A DNA stretch of 64,000 nucleotides from an uncultured Bacteroidales bacterium (GTDB lineage Bacteria; Bacteroidota; Bacteroidia; Bacteroidales; VadinHA17): contig CAVWCO010000025.1 in NCBI GenBank assembly GCA_963753495.1, positions 320,223 through 384,222 on the forward strand, in the 5' to 3' direction. Made by a program: the position numbers and the translations under genes. The notes under the pieces were generated by a model. The model had not been told where the DNA came from, searched no databases, and worked only from the letters and a program-made list of their open reading frames with translations. This document shows, piece after piece, positions 1 through 9,242 of this stretch (position 1 is the first letter of the stretch; every line of letters starts with the position of its first letter).

Positions 1-513
1 TCCTCGATACTCTCAGGATCATAACACCCGCAGTTTCCAAGTACTATCCGCTTCTGATTTGCAAAAAAAGGCAATTCGTTTATAAAGGAGATGCCGGGCC
101 AGAATTCAAATCCTTTGGAACCTGTCTGGCCCAGAAGATCATCTTCATTTATATCATTATGAAAAACACCGTTAAGAAGGGGCTCAACCTTTTCCTCGGT
201 TATGTTCCGGAAGAAAAGCTTGTTTTTACCCGGCATCTGAATACAGACCATTGGCTCATAGTTTGCAGGTCCGGAACACCCAACCCTTAACTGTGAGGGC
301 CGTTGGTTCATTCTCTTCAACATATAACTTTACCGCATTGAAAGTTTTATCAGAGCCCGCAATTATGCTGCTTGTGTTTGATGAAATATGGATCACAGGT
401 ACATTGGTTTTATCGCGACGCACCTGCTGCAATACCTTTTCAGTTTCGGACGGAAGGGTATCGGATTCAAATAACAGCACCTTATCAATAAGGAATGTCT
501 TTAAATCTTCCAT
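1..513 (-). CDS. NuoF-like NADH-binding subunit (HydB/HndC type) of a multimeric [FeFe]-hydrogenase or NADH dehydrogenase. Only the N-terminal region is present, including a thioredoxin-like-fold domain. The gene continues past the window start, and the frame breaks near 240-270.
   Basis: The reverse translation of 1..236 gives MPGKNKLFFRNITEEKVEPLL...FINELPFFANQKRIVLGNCGCYDPESIE. The RIVLxNCGxxDPESI box is characteristic of the region just before the NADH/FMN domain of NuoF-family proteins. ORF 256..513 (MEDLKTF...VKGWVFRTCKL) lies in an adjacent frame and resembles the N-terminal Trx-like domain of HndC-type proteins. However, the usual Cys positions read SSNTSS. Confidence 0.5.
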
Positions 514-516
514 TTA

Positions 517-946
517 ATCATTATCAATAATAAACTTAAGCTTCTTAATAAGGGCCGGAACCTGCTCGGCACGTATATGTATCTGGTATTCACCATTTAC
601 CATTATTACAGGGCCATGATAGCAGCCTCCAAGGCATGTGACGATATCAAAGCTGAAGTTCCCGTTCCTGTGTGGTTTGTCCCGGCGAGATTTTCAGCTC
701 CTCTTTGAATTTATCAATAATGGCCTGGGAGCCGTTCATAAAACACGAGGTGCCATGGCAGATTTTAAGATGAACCTTGCCTGAAGGAATGAATCTGAAC
801 TGGTCGTAAAATGTAGCCAGTCCGAATATTTTGGTTGTGCTCAGGCCAAGGTGGCCTCCCACTCTTACTATTGATTCTTCCGAAAGATATCCGTTTTCAG
901 CCTGTATCTCCTGTAACAGCGGGATAAGATCTTCCCGTCCGGCCAT
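517..946 (-). CDS. NuoE-like thioredoxin-like [2Fe-2S] subunit (HydC/HndA type). Two frames join near 660-665.
   Basis: ORF 647..946 carries a NuoE N-terminal region ending in CHGTSC...ISPGQTT. The continuation in the +1 frame (about 517..660) reads NGNFSFDIVTCLGGCYHGPVIMVNGEYQ, which is the second Cys pair of NuoE. Confidence 0.7.
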
Positions 947-1047
947 GTTTATACTTTTTAAGAATTAATATCGAGATCTGCTGCCATTACTAACCTAACT
1001 GATAATGCCAATACAAATATAATAATATTTATTGTTAATAAATAAAC

Positions 1048-1065
1048 ATTGTTATTTTATTAACA
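1048..1065. promoter_or_regulatory. Candidate Rex-type (redox-sensing repressor) operator TTGTTATTTTATTAACAA, in the divergent intergenic region between the two hydrogenase-related operons.
   Basis: The site is an 18-bp near-palindrome with one mismatch to the TTGTTAANNNNTTAACAA consensus reported for Rex in anaerobes. A second half-site, TTGTTAATAAA, lies at 1031-1041. Confidence 0.35.
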
Positions 1066-1160
1066 ATAAAACAAATTGCCATTATCTTCTGTCCTGTATT
1101 AAAAGACTTAAGAATATATTATTACATTTGAGATTGTATTGTTCCCTGATTAAAGTGGAA

Positions 1161-1415
1161 ATGACCCAAAGGATTGAAATGCAGATTTGTCTTGGCAGTT
1201 CCTGTTTTTCGAGAGGTAACAGGGATGTTGTTGCATTTATCAGGGAGTACCTCAAAAAGAATCACCTGGAGGACCGGATCATCTTTAAGGGAGCCAGATG
1301 CATGAACCTTTGCAGCAATGGTCCGAACCTCAGAATTAACGAAAGGATTATCGAAGGGGTCACTCTCTCGAAAATTGAAGATATCCTGGAAAAGGAATTT
1401 GGAAATATTAAATAG
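1161..1415 (+). CDS. Small thioredoxin-like [2Fe-2S] ferredoxin of the NuoE/HydC-like fold.
   Basis: MTQRIEMQICLGSSCFSRGN...KGARCMNLCSNGPNL shows a CxxxxC...CxxxC pattern and is about 84 aa. I placed the start at ATG 1161, because the upstream part of ORF 1032.. is AT-rich promoter sequence. Confidence 0.55.
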   Translation: MTQRIEMQICLGSSCFSRGNRDVVAFIREYLKKNHLEDRIIFKGARCMNLCSNGPNLRINERIIEGVTLSKIEDILEKEFGNIK

Positions 1416-1436
1416 AGAAACACTCCGGTAATCAAT

Positions 1437-3315
1437 ATGAATGACAGAAAACCTATCTTCTATATAAACGATCAGAAATGCAGGAATTCTTACTCCTGCG
1501 TCAGAGTGTGTCCGGTCAATGCCATTGAGGTCAGGGCACAGAAGGAACATCCTTACATAGTTCCTGGCAGATGTATAGGCTGCGGCTTATGCTTTATTGC
1601 ATGTACTCCTCGTGCTGTTGAATACCGCGATTCGAGGGAAGAGGCTAAAAAACTCCTGGCATCCGACAGAAAGACCGTTGCACTTGTTGCCCCCAGTATT
1701 GCCTCTGAATTTGACGATATAACAGACTACAGGAAATTTGTCGGAATGCTTCAGCCTTCTCGGTTTTGATTACGTTCATGAGAACTCTTTCGGGGTTGAT
1801 CTGATAGCTGCTGAATATGCAAAACTTTTCAATAAAGCCGAGGGCAAGTATTACATGACTGCCAATTGTCCTGCAATTGTCAAGCTTATCAGTAAATATC
1901 ATCCTGAGCTGGTACCGAATCTGGCTCCGCTTGTTTCGCCCATGATAGCAACAGCAATGGTGGTGAAAGAGATATATGGTGAAGAGGCTGCAACTATCTA
2001 TATCGGCCCATGCATTGATAATAAGGATGAGGCCCTTCTGTATCGCGATGGTAAACTTGTTGACAGAATCCTTACATTTATCGAGCTGCGGCAGCTGTTC
2101 GATGAATTCGATATTCAGGAAAGAGTAGCCAAAATGTCGGAATTTGATCCTCCTTACGGCCACTGGGGTGCTCTTTATCCTCTGCCAGCAGGGATCCTGC
2201 AGGCAGCAGGCATCAGGCGCGATATAGCTGTTAGCGGTGTAATAACTGCCGCAGGGAAAGAGGATGTATTTGAAGGAATAAACGATTTTGATAAATATAT
2301 TGATACTATCCATCATCATTTTAATTTTTTCTTCTGTCATGGATGTCTGCTGGGACCTGGAATGGAAAACCATAATGAGCGCTTCAGAAGAAGGGCCCTG
2401 GTGAGGCTTTATGCTGAAAAGAGAGTAAACAAGCTCGATAAGGTTCAGTGGCAGAAAGACATAGATAAATGGTCGAAACTCGATTTTTCCCGGACTTTTT
2501 TTCCCGATGATCAGAGGATACCGGAACCACCCGATGAAGCTGTCAATGAAGTACTTAAGATAATCGGAAGAGAAAATCCGGATCAGGAATTGGATTGCGG
2601 CGCCTGCGGATACCAGTCGTGCCGTCAGTTTGCTTCAACGGTTGCAAAAGGACTTGCTGTTCCGGAGATGTGCCATACTTACAACCTGCGGAATAAACAG
2701 GAGTACATAGAGACACTGAGGCAGACAAACAGGAAGCTGGCAGAAACCAAGAGGGCTCTCAAAGAGTCGGAAGAAATCGCAATGAGAGAAAAGGAAACTG
2801 CCCAGAGCGCCTCCGACATGTTGAACAACATGCTTGAAAAGCTCCCTACAGGGGTTGTGATAGTCGACAACAACCTGAAAATTCTTCATTCAAACCTCAG
2901 TTTTATAAATATTATAGGTGAAGATGCCAAAGCTATTTCAGACATCATTCCCGGACTTGCAGGTGCGGACCTGAAGACTCTGATGCCCTTCAACGTTTAT
3001 AATATGTTCACTTTTGTCCTCAAGGAGAACGAGCCGGTTGTAAGCAAGGACGTCCATTATGAGGAAAACATGCTTAACATTTCGATCTTTCCCATCAAGA
3101 AGAACAAGATGTGCGGTGCAATTATCCGTGATCTATATTCTCCTGAGGTTCAGGGCGAAGAGGTGACAAACAGGGTAAGTGAAGTTATCGATAAAAACCT
3201 TGAGATGGTCCAGAAGATAGGATTCCTTCTGGGTGAAGGCGCTTCTGAAACCGAGCAGATGCTAAACTCGATTATTGAATCATATAAAAAAAAATCCAAA
3301 GGAACAGCAAAATAA
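1437..3315 (+). CDS. Sensory-type [FeFe]-hydrogenase-like protein (HydS, group C-like). It has an N-terminal 2x[4Fe-4S] ferredoxin domain, an H-domain with degenerate L1/L2/L3 motifs, a Cx2Cx4Cx16C motif and a C-terminal PAS domain. There is a frame break near 1750.
   Basis: ORFs 1437..1769 and 1738..3315 are two frames of one protein. The motifs are CRNSYSCVRVCP and CIGCGLCFIACTP for the ferredoxin domain. The H-cluster loops read TANCP (against TSCCP), GPCIDNKDE (against MPCxxKxxE) and FFFCHGCLLGPG (against ExMACxxGCxxGG). The extra cluster motif is CGACGYQSCRQF...C. A PAS-like C-terminus follows. Confidence 0.65.
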
Positions 3316-3331
3316 CCACTAAGAATCTGCA

Positions 3332-4516
3332 GTGACCACCGATTTCTACATAGAAGTAAACAGCCAGCAAAAAAATCATGACGGAGAAAGGATTTGCGGG
3401 GATGTCTTCCTTTACAGGTATATAAAGGAAGAAGACAGGGTAATTGCAGTATTGTCGGATGGAATGGGGAGCGGCGTTAAAGCAAACATACTGGCCACTC
3501 TGACTGCCACAATGGCTATCAATTTCACCCGCGAACACAAGGAAGTCGACCGGATTGCAGAGATAATAATGAATACTCTTCCGGTATGCAGTGAAAGAAA
3601 AATCAGCTACTCAACATTTACCATAGTTGATATCGAAAGCAGCGGCCGGGCAAATATCCTCGAATATGATAATCCGTCAACGATAGTATTAAGGGGAAAA
3701 GAGATATTCGATCCCTCCTGGAAAAATGTGGTCCTCGATAAGGGTAAAAATGCCGGAAAGGTACTCAAATCATGTACTTTCATGCCTGAAAAGGAGGACA
3801 GGATAATCTTCTGCTCCGATGGCGTGGCGCAGAGCGGAATGGGAGGTGAAGAATACCCATTCGGCTGGGGAAGGGATAATGTTGCAACGTATGCATCGTC
3901 GCTCGTTAAAAGCGAGGCATCAATTTCTGCAATAATGCTCTCCGGGAAAATAGTCACGATGGCTCACAAGAACGATATCTATAAAGCAAAGGATGATATC
4001 AGCTGCGCAACAATTTATTTCCGGGAGCCCCGTAAACTACTGATCTGCACTGGTCCTCCGTATGAGAAGGATAAAGACAAGAATCTTGCGTCAAAGGTTA
4101 AAAATTACACGGGAAAAGTTATAATATCCGGCGGCACAACTGCAGATATTGTTGCACGGGAACTGAATAAGGCAATTATCGATGAGCTGATATTTGAAGA
4201 TCCCGAATTACCGCCTGAAAGCTTCATCGACGGTATCGATCTGGTGACAGAAGGGATTCTTACTCTTCAGAAAGTAAATGAGATACTGAAATCGTACAAT
4301 AACAGTGTAAGGCTCGGAAAGGGCCCTGCCGACAAAATAGTAAAGCTCATCATGGAAAGTGATGAGATCCACTTCATTATCGGCACAAAGATCAATGTTG
4401 CCCACCAGGATCCCAATCTTCCTGTTGACCTTGAAATCAGGAGAACGGTTGTGAAACGAATTGCCAGGCTGCTGGAGGAAAAGTGGCTTAAGAAAGTAAG
4501 CTTTGAGTATATCTGA
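3332..4516 (+). CDS. PP2C-family (SpoIIE/RsbU-like) serine phosphatase with an uncharacterised C-terminal alpha/beta domain.
   Basis: VIAVLSDGMGSGVKANILATL and FCSDGVAQSG are PP2C metal-binding boxes. The ORF is intact and 394 aa, uses a GTG start, and lies 16 bp after the HydS-like gene. Confidence 0.75.
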   Translation: MTTDFYIEVNSQQKNHDGERICGDVFLYRYIKEEDRVIAVLSDGMGSGVKANILATLTATMAINFTREHKEVDRIAEIIMNTLPVCSERKISYSTFTIVDIESSGRANILEYDNPSTIVLRGKEIFDPSWKNVVLDKGKNAGKVLKSCTFMPEKEDRIIFCSDGVAQSGMGGEEYPFGWGRDNVATYASSLVKSEASISAIMLSGKIVTMAHKNDIYKAKDDISCATIYFREPRKLLICTGPPYEKDKDKNLASKVKNYTGKVIISGGTTADIVARELNKAIIDELIFEDPELPPESFIDGIDLVTEGILTLQKVNEILKSYNNSVRLGKGPADKIVKLIMESDEIHFIIGTKINVAHQDPNLPVDLEIRRTVVKRIARLLEEKWLKKVSFEYI

Positions 4517-4552
4517 TTTAGGATTAGCAGTTTTGAGAAAGCAATAATCCAT

Positions 4553-4824
4553 TAACCGCAAAGCGCACAAAGTCATCGCAAAGTCACACACCCATCAATG
4601 AAATATGGGAACATCAATAAAAATAACTTTTAGTTACACAGAGTTCCACAGAGAAGTCACAGAGACACACAGAGTTAAGAAATCAATTCTCTGTGGATCT
4701 CTGTGAACCTCTGTGATTCTCTGTGTAAGTTCTTATATTAGTTATATAGAGTACTCTAAGTTAAATCCTTAAACATCACACCTTTGGGATCTTTGCGTAA
4801 ATCCTTTGCGAACTTTGCGGTTAA
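4553..4824. repeat. Nested compound hairpin repeat element. Outer arms of tandem CGCAAAG/CACAAAG units (4553-4590 and 4786-4824) enclose an inner hairpin of 4x tandem CACAGAG units (4634-4728).
   Basis: Read directly from the sequence. The left inner arm is TTACACAGAG TTCCACAGAG AAGTCACAGAG ACACACAGAG, the loop is ttaagaaatcaatt, and the right arm is CTCTGTGGAT CTCTGTGAAC CTCTGTGATT CTCTGTGTAA. The outer left arm TTAACCGCAAAGCGCACAAAGTCATCGCAAAG is mirrored by CTTTGCGTAAATCCTTTGCGAACTTTGCGGTTAA. The element sits between the convergent PP2C and NUDIX genes. Confidence 0.75.
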
Positions 4825-4857
4825 ACAAGGCTGAATCACTTACTCCATATTTATTTC

Positions 4858-5304
4858 TCAGCTGTATTCTTTCGTTTTTAAATAATCTAATACCCTATTG
4901 TATAAATGAGGCTGTATATCAGGATGGGTAAGGTTTTCAGGCAGTGAATCCATCATCTTCACTTCTGCAATTTCCGATATATCAGGTATCGGACCGAGTT
5001 TGGAAATATCGGCAAAATAGAGCCGTCCAAATCCGGTTTCACCATCCTTCAGTACTGAATATGTTGCCACGCATTCGATCTTAAAATCAACAGCACCCGT
5101 TTCTTCCGCCAGTTCCCTTTCTGCAGCTTCATCAGCAGTTTCGTTTTCCTCTATATGTCCTCCCGGAATTTCCCATGTATTACGCTTATGATGACGCACA
5201 TACAACCAGTTATGATTATATCTGGCAGCAATTACAGCATAAGTGAGTTTGATATCAGGAGTAAAAGAGGGATTATAGAATTTAACTTCAGTCATCTTTT
5301 TCAA
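4858..5304 (-). CDS. NUDIX hydrolase.
   Basis: The Nudix box is GGHIEENETADEAAERELAEETG (GX5EX7REUXEEXGU). The ORF is intact at 148 aa. Confidence 0.85.
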   Translation of the reverse strand: MKKMTEVKFYNPSFTPDIKLTYAVIAARYNHNWLYVRHHKRNTWEIPGGHIEENETADEAAERELAEETGAVDFKIECVATYSVLKDGETGFGRLYFADISKLGPIPDISEIAEVKMMDSLPENLTHPDIQPHLYNRVLDYLKTKEYS

Positions 5305-5378
5305 TTAAACCATCAGCTAATGTAGTGAATATCGCTGTAAATAATTATTAATTACATTTACCTTGTAAAATTCATAGA

Positions 5379-5475
5379 CTTTGTGAGTCCTTCGTGTAAA
5401 CCTTTGTGTGACTTTGTGGTAAAAAAGAATTTAACCACAAAGGATCTCAAAGGCTGTCACTAAGTAACACAAAGG
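5379..5475. repeat. Hairpin repeat element, CTTTGTG/CACAAAG variant, with 4 tandem units per arm.
   Basis: The left arm is CTTTGTGAGTCCTTCGTGTAAACCTTTGTGTGACTTTGTGG, the loop is taaaaaagaatttaa, and the right arm is CCACAAAGGATCTCAAAGGCTGTCACTAAGTAACACAAAGG. It lies in the divergent region between the NUDIX and metallophosphoesterase genes. Confidence 0.65.
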
Positions 5476-5533
5476 AATACAATAAATTAAGCATATTTAT
5501 GAATTAAACAAATTACATATTAAAGATCCCAGG

Positions 5534-6712
5534 ATGGTACTTTTCTTCATTCTGATTACAACTGAAATACTGACACTCATTGTCATCAGCAACCATTTTT
5601 ACGACAAATCATGGATGCAGTATTATTTCATCGTTATCCTGAATACGGTATTAAGCATATGGCTCTGGATATTATGGTTTGAATATGTATCATACGACGG
5701 AATATTTGATACAGCTGAGCATCAATGGTTGTTTATGAATCTTACCGGGATGGTGTGTGCTGTGTTTGTTCCCAGGATTCTTCTGATCATCTTTCATTTC
5801 ACAGGATGGTTTTCCGGAAGAAAACAGGGAGTTCACAGAAGGGCGCTTACAAATGCAGGATTTATAATATATGCCATAATATTCCTGGTTATTGCCACCG
5901 GTACACTGTTCAGCCGGTTCAATTTCAAGACTGAAAATATCTCCGTTAAAATCAAAGGTTTAAAACAGGATCTTGATGGCCTGAAAATAGTCCAGATATC
6001 GGATCTTCACCTTGCTTCATTTTATCATCACCAGGAGCTTCTTGAAGAAGTGATGACAAAGATCAATGAACTTAAACCTGATATTCTCATCAATACCGGT
6101 GATTTTATAACCATAGGCTGGCGTGAATTCATCGGGTTTGATACAATCCTGGATAAAGCAAAAAGCAAGTATGGAAACTACGCAGTGATGGGTAACCATG
6201 ATTTCGGCACCTATAATCCCTACTTTACAGAGGCTGATCTGGATAATAATGTTCTGCTGATGAATAAGTTTATTGCTTCCTCAGGTTATCATGTCCTGAA
6301 CGATGAATCTGCCATGGTTAATATCAGGAATTCAAGGATTGCTGTGATTGGGGTAATGACCAGAGGTTCCTTCCCGGAAATTATCCATAGCGATCTGAGC
6401 AAGGCATACAGCGGAACCGACAGCGCTGATTTAAAGATACTTCTGGCGCACGATCCAAACCAGTGGGAAAAAGATGTGGAAGGAAAAACGGATATTGATA
6501 TCACTCTTTCAGGCCATACTCACGGAATGCAGATGGGCATCCTTACAAAAAGAGTGAAATGGAGCCCGGCGCGTCATTTTTATCCTAACTGGAACGGACT
6601 CTATAAGAGGGGTGAGCAATATCTGATCGTTAACCGTGGCCTTGGAGTGCTTGCCATACCGTTCAGGATATGGATGCCACCGGAGATTACAGTAATAACA
6701 CTTATCGATTAG
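5534..6712 (+). CDS. Membrane-anchored calcineurin-like metallophosphoesterase.
   Basis: An N-terminal hydrophobic region of several TM helices is followed by the motifs IVQISDLH, NTGDF, GNHDF and GHTHG. The ORF is intact at 392 aa. Confidence 0.8.
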   Translation: MVLFFILITTEILTLIVISNHFYDKSWMQYYFIVILNTVLSIWLWILWFEYVSYDGIFDTAEHQWLFMNLTGMVCAVFVPRILLIIFHFTGWFSGRKQGVHRRALTNAGFIIYAIIFLVIATGTLFSRFNFKTENISVKIKGLKQDLDGLKIVQISDLHLASFYHHQELLEEVMTKINELKPDILINTGDFITIGWREFIGFDTILDKAKSKYGNYAVMGNHDFGTYNPYFTEADLDNNVLLMNKFIASSGYHVLNDESAMVNIRNSRIAVIGVMTRGSFPEIIHSDLSKAYSGTDSADLKILLAHDPNQWEKDVEGKTDIDITLSGHTHGMQMGILTKRVKWSPARHFYPNWNGLYKRGEQYLIVNRGLGVLAIPFRIWMPPEITVITLID

Positions 6713-6717
6713 AATTT

Positions 6718-8489
6718 TATGAAGGGACTTTTAATTTCAATTATTATTACAGGCACTGCTTTCCGCGTCGTGTAATAAAAATGATGATGAATGGATCAGG
6801 ATCAACCAGCTGGGCTACCGAACAGATGACATTAAAGTTGCTGTTTTTATAAGTCTTCAGGAAGTAAGTCTTACGTCATTCAGACTGGTTGATGTAAATT
6901 CCGGGAATGTTGTGCTGGTTAAAAATGAAACCGGAAATTCAGAACCGCTGGAGCCATTTAAAAGCTGTTACCGTTTATCATTCACTGAATTTACTGCTGA
7001 GGGAATTTACAGGATTGAAGCAGGAGATGCTGTATCGCCCGATTTCAGGATTGCTGATAATATTTATGACGGAACAGCCGATTTTCTGCTGAATTACATG
7101 CGACAGCAGAGATGCGGATTTAATCCTTACATAAAAGATTCGTGCCATACTCATGACGGATATGTGATTTACGGAGGATCATCAGATTCTGCTCATATCG
7201 ACGTAACAGGAGGCTGGCACGACGCTGCCGATTACCTTCAGTATGTTGCAACCTCTGCAAATGCAACCTACCAGATGTTATATGCCTATTCAGCAAATCC
7301 ATCATCATTCGGTGACAGCTATCTCGCCAACGGGTTACCAGGAAAGGACTCTGTACCTGATGTTCTGAACGAAATCAGGTGGGGACTCGACTGGCTCCTG
7401 AAGATGAATCCGGCTCCGGGTGAAATGTACAACCAGATTGCGGACGACCGTGATCACATCGGATTCCGGTTTCCGAACTTGGATACGGCGAATTACGGAA
7501 AAGGTTTTGAGAGGCCTGTTTATCGCTGCACCGGAAAGGAACAGGGCTTATTCAATTATAAAAACCGGGCAACAGGTATCGCCTCTACTGCCGGTAAATT
7601 TGCATCAGCATTTGCAAGAGGCGCTCAAGTTTATAAATCAATTGATCCGGAATTCTCCGAATTGCTGATTTTAAAAGCAATATCGGCTTTCGATTATGGA
7701 ATGGAGAACCCGGGAGCATGTCAGACTGCACCAGGTACGGCGCCATATTTTTATGAGGAGGATAACTGGACAGATGATATGGAACTTGCCGCCATCGAAT
7801 TATTTTTGATCACAAAAGATGAAAGTTTTCTGAAGCATGCCATCGGTTTCGGACGCATGGAACCTGTCACACCATGGATGGGAGCTGATACTGCCCGTCA
7901 TTACCAGTGGTACCCCTTTATAAATATGGGACATCCGGTTATTGCTTCGGGCACAGACAAAATAGATTTTAAGGAGGAATTTCTGAATAATATGAAAACA
8001 GGACTTCAGCTCATTAAAGCCAGGGGAGAAAAGAATCCCTTCCGCATCGGAGTTCCCTTTATCTGGTGCTCAAACAACCTTGTGGCTGCAACACTGACAC
8101 AGGCAGATCTTTATGCTGAGATAAGCGGTGATGAGTCATTTACGGAACTGGAGGCTGCTCACCGTGACTGGCTTTTCGGCTGCAATCCGTGGGGAACAAG
8201 CATGATTGTCGGGCTTCCTGAAAAAGGAGACTACCCTGAAAACACTCACTCATCCTATGTTGTCAAAGGGGAACAGGTACCCGGAGGACTTGTTGACGGA
8301 CCAGTTTATTCCACAATTTTCGAAGGACTCAAGTACATATATCTTTCGCAGGAGGATGAATATGCTCCATTTCAGACAAAGCTTGCGGTTTATCACGATG
8401 ATTATGCCGATTATTCAACAAATGAATGTACAATGGATGGAACAGCCTGCCTGATTTATTATCTTTCAGCTTTACAGAAAGGAAAGTAG
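6718..8489 (+). CDS. Glycoside hydrolase family 9 endoglucanase with a lipoprotein-type signal peptide and a CelD_N Ig-like domain. There is a frame break near 6775.
   Basis: The motifs GGWHDAADYLQY and QRCGFNP identify it. The main ORF is 6912..8489. A signal peptide MKGLLISIIITGTAF begins at 6718 in an adjacent frame. Confidence 0.75.
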
Positions 8490-8530
8490 CCAGGGTAGTA
8501 CTACGGTCAATAACCTCTTTAAAGCTTTAT

Positions 8531-9223
8531 ATGAAGGGCAATCATGATTTCAGATACCGGATAATTTTCTCACGCAGACGGACGATCAGTATAATAGTCA
8601 GTCCTGATAATGGTGTTGTTGTAAAAGCCCCTTACAGAACACCAGTAAGAAGCATCGACAGGTTTATAAGTGAAAAATCGGAGTGGATCAACAGAACACT
8701 AAAAAAATTCGACTCCCTTGTAAGAATTGATGACCAGAAAGGCTATTCAGACGGTGATTCAATTTTCTTGTTCGGAAGGGACCATATGCTTAAGCTGTTT
8801 CAATCGGATGACTATTCTGTAAGGCTTGGGGCCGGGGATACAATTGAAGCAGGTTATAATAAAGACAATAATCCTCTGATCATTAAAGCAATGCTTGAAG
8901 GCTGGTTTAAATTTATTGCCAGGGGCAGAATGACAAATAAATTCAGGGAGATCCTCATCCGATACAAGGAATACGGATTTAATCCAACAGGATTCGTTGT
9001 CAGGACAATGAAGAAGAGGTGGGGAAGCTGTTCCTCAAAAGGAAAGATCGCAATAAGCTACGACCTTATCAGGCTCGATGAGGTTTACGGAGAATACGTA
9101 ATAATCCATGAGTTGTGCCACCTGAAGCATCATAACCACAGTGCAAGCTATTACAAGCTTTTATCGGAGGTATATCCCGACTGGAAGAAAGTCAGGGAAG
9201 AACTAAAAAAGTATGTAAGATAA
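8531..9223 (+). CDS. YgjP-like (DUF45, M48/WLM-type) metal-dependent hydrolase.
   Basis: The C-terminal HELCHLKHHNHS zinc motif and about 230 aa from an internal Met start (MKGNHDF). The upstream part of ORF 8426.. overlaps the GH9 gene. Confidence 0.7.
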   Translation: MKGNHDFRYRIIFSRRRTISIIVSPDNGVVVKAPYRTPVRSIDRFISEKSEWINRTLKKFDSLVRIDDQKGYSDGDSIFLFGRDHMLKLFQSDDYSVRLGAGDTIEAGYNKDNNPLIIKAMLEGWFKFIARGRMTNKFREILIRYKEYGFNPTGFVVRTMKKRWGSCSSKGKIAISYDLIRLDEVYGEYVIIHELCHLKHHNHSASYYKLLSEVYPDWKKVREELKKYVR

Positions 9224-9242
9224 TGGCTAATAGATACTTTTT

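Noticed and set aside
251-517. Plus-strand ORF overlapping the NuoF-like N-domain, and similar antisense ORFs throughout (for example 10236-10498, 11028-11348, 22164-23236)
   Set aside because: Each is fully overlapped by a recognisable gene on the opposite strand.
1032-1160. N-terminal extension of the thioredoxin-like ferredoxin ORF (MLINKHCYFINNK...)
   Set aside because: It is AT-rich promoter/operator DNA containing the Rex-like palindrome. Homology starts at Met 1161.
4634-4728. Heptamer repeat arrays as a CRISPR array
   Set aside because: Units are about 10 bp with no unique spacers of about 30 bp. The arrays are inverted, not direct. There are no cas genes.
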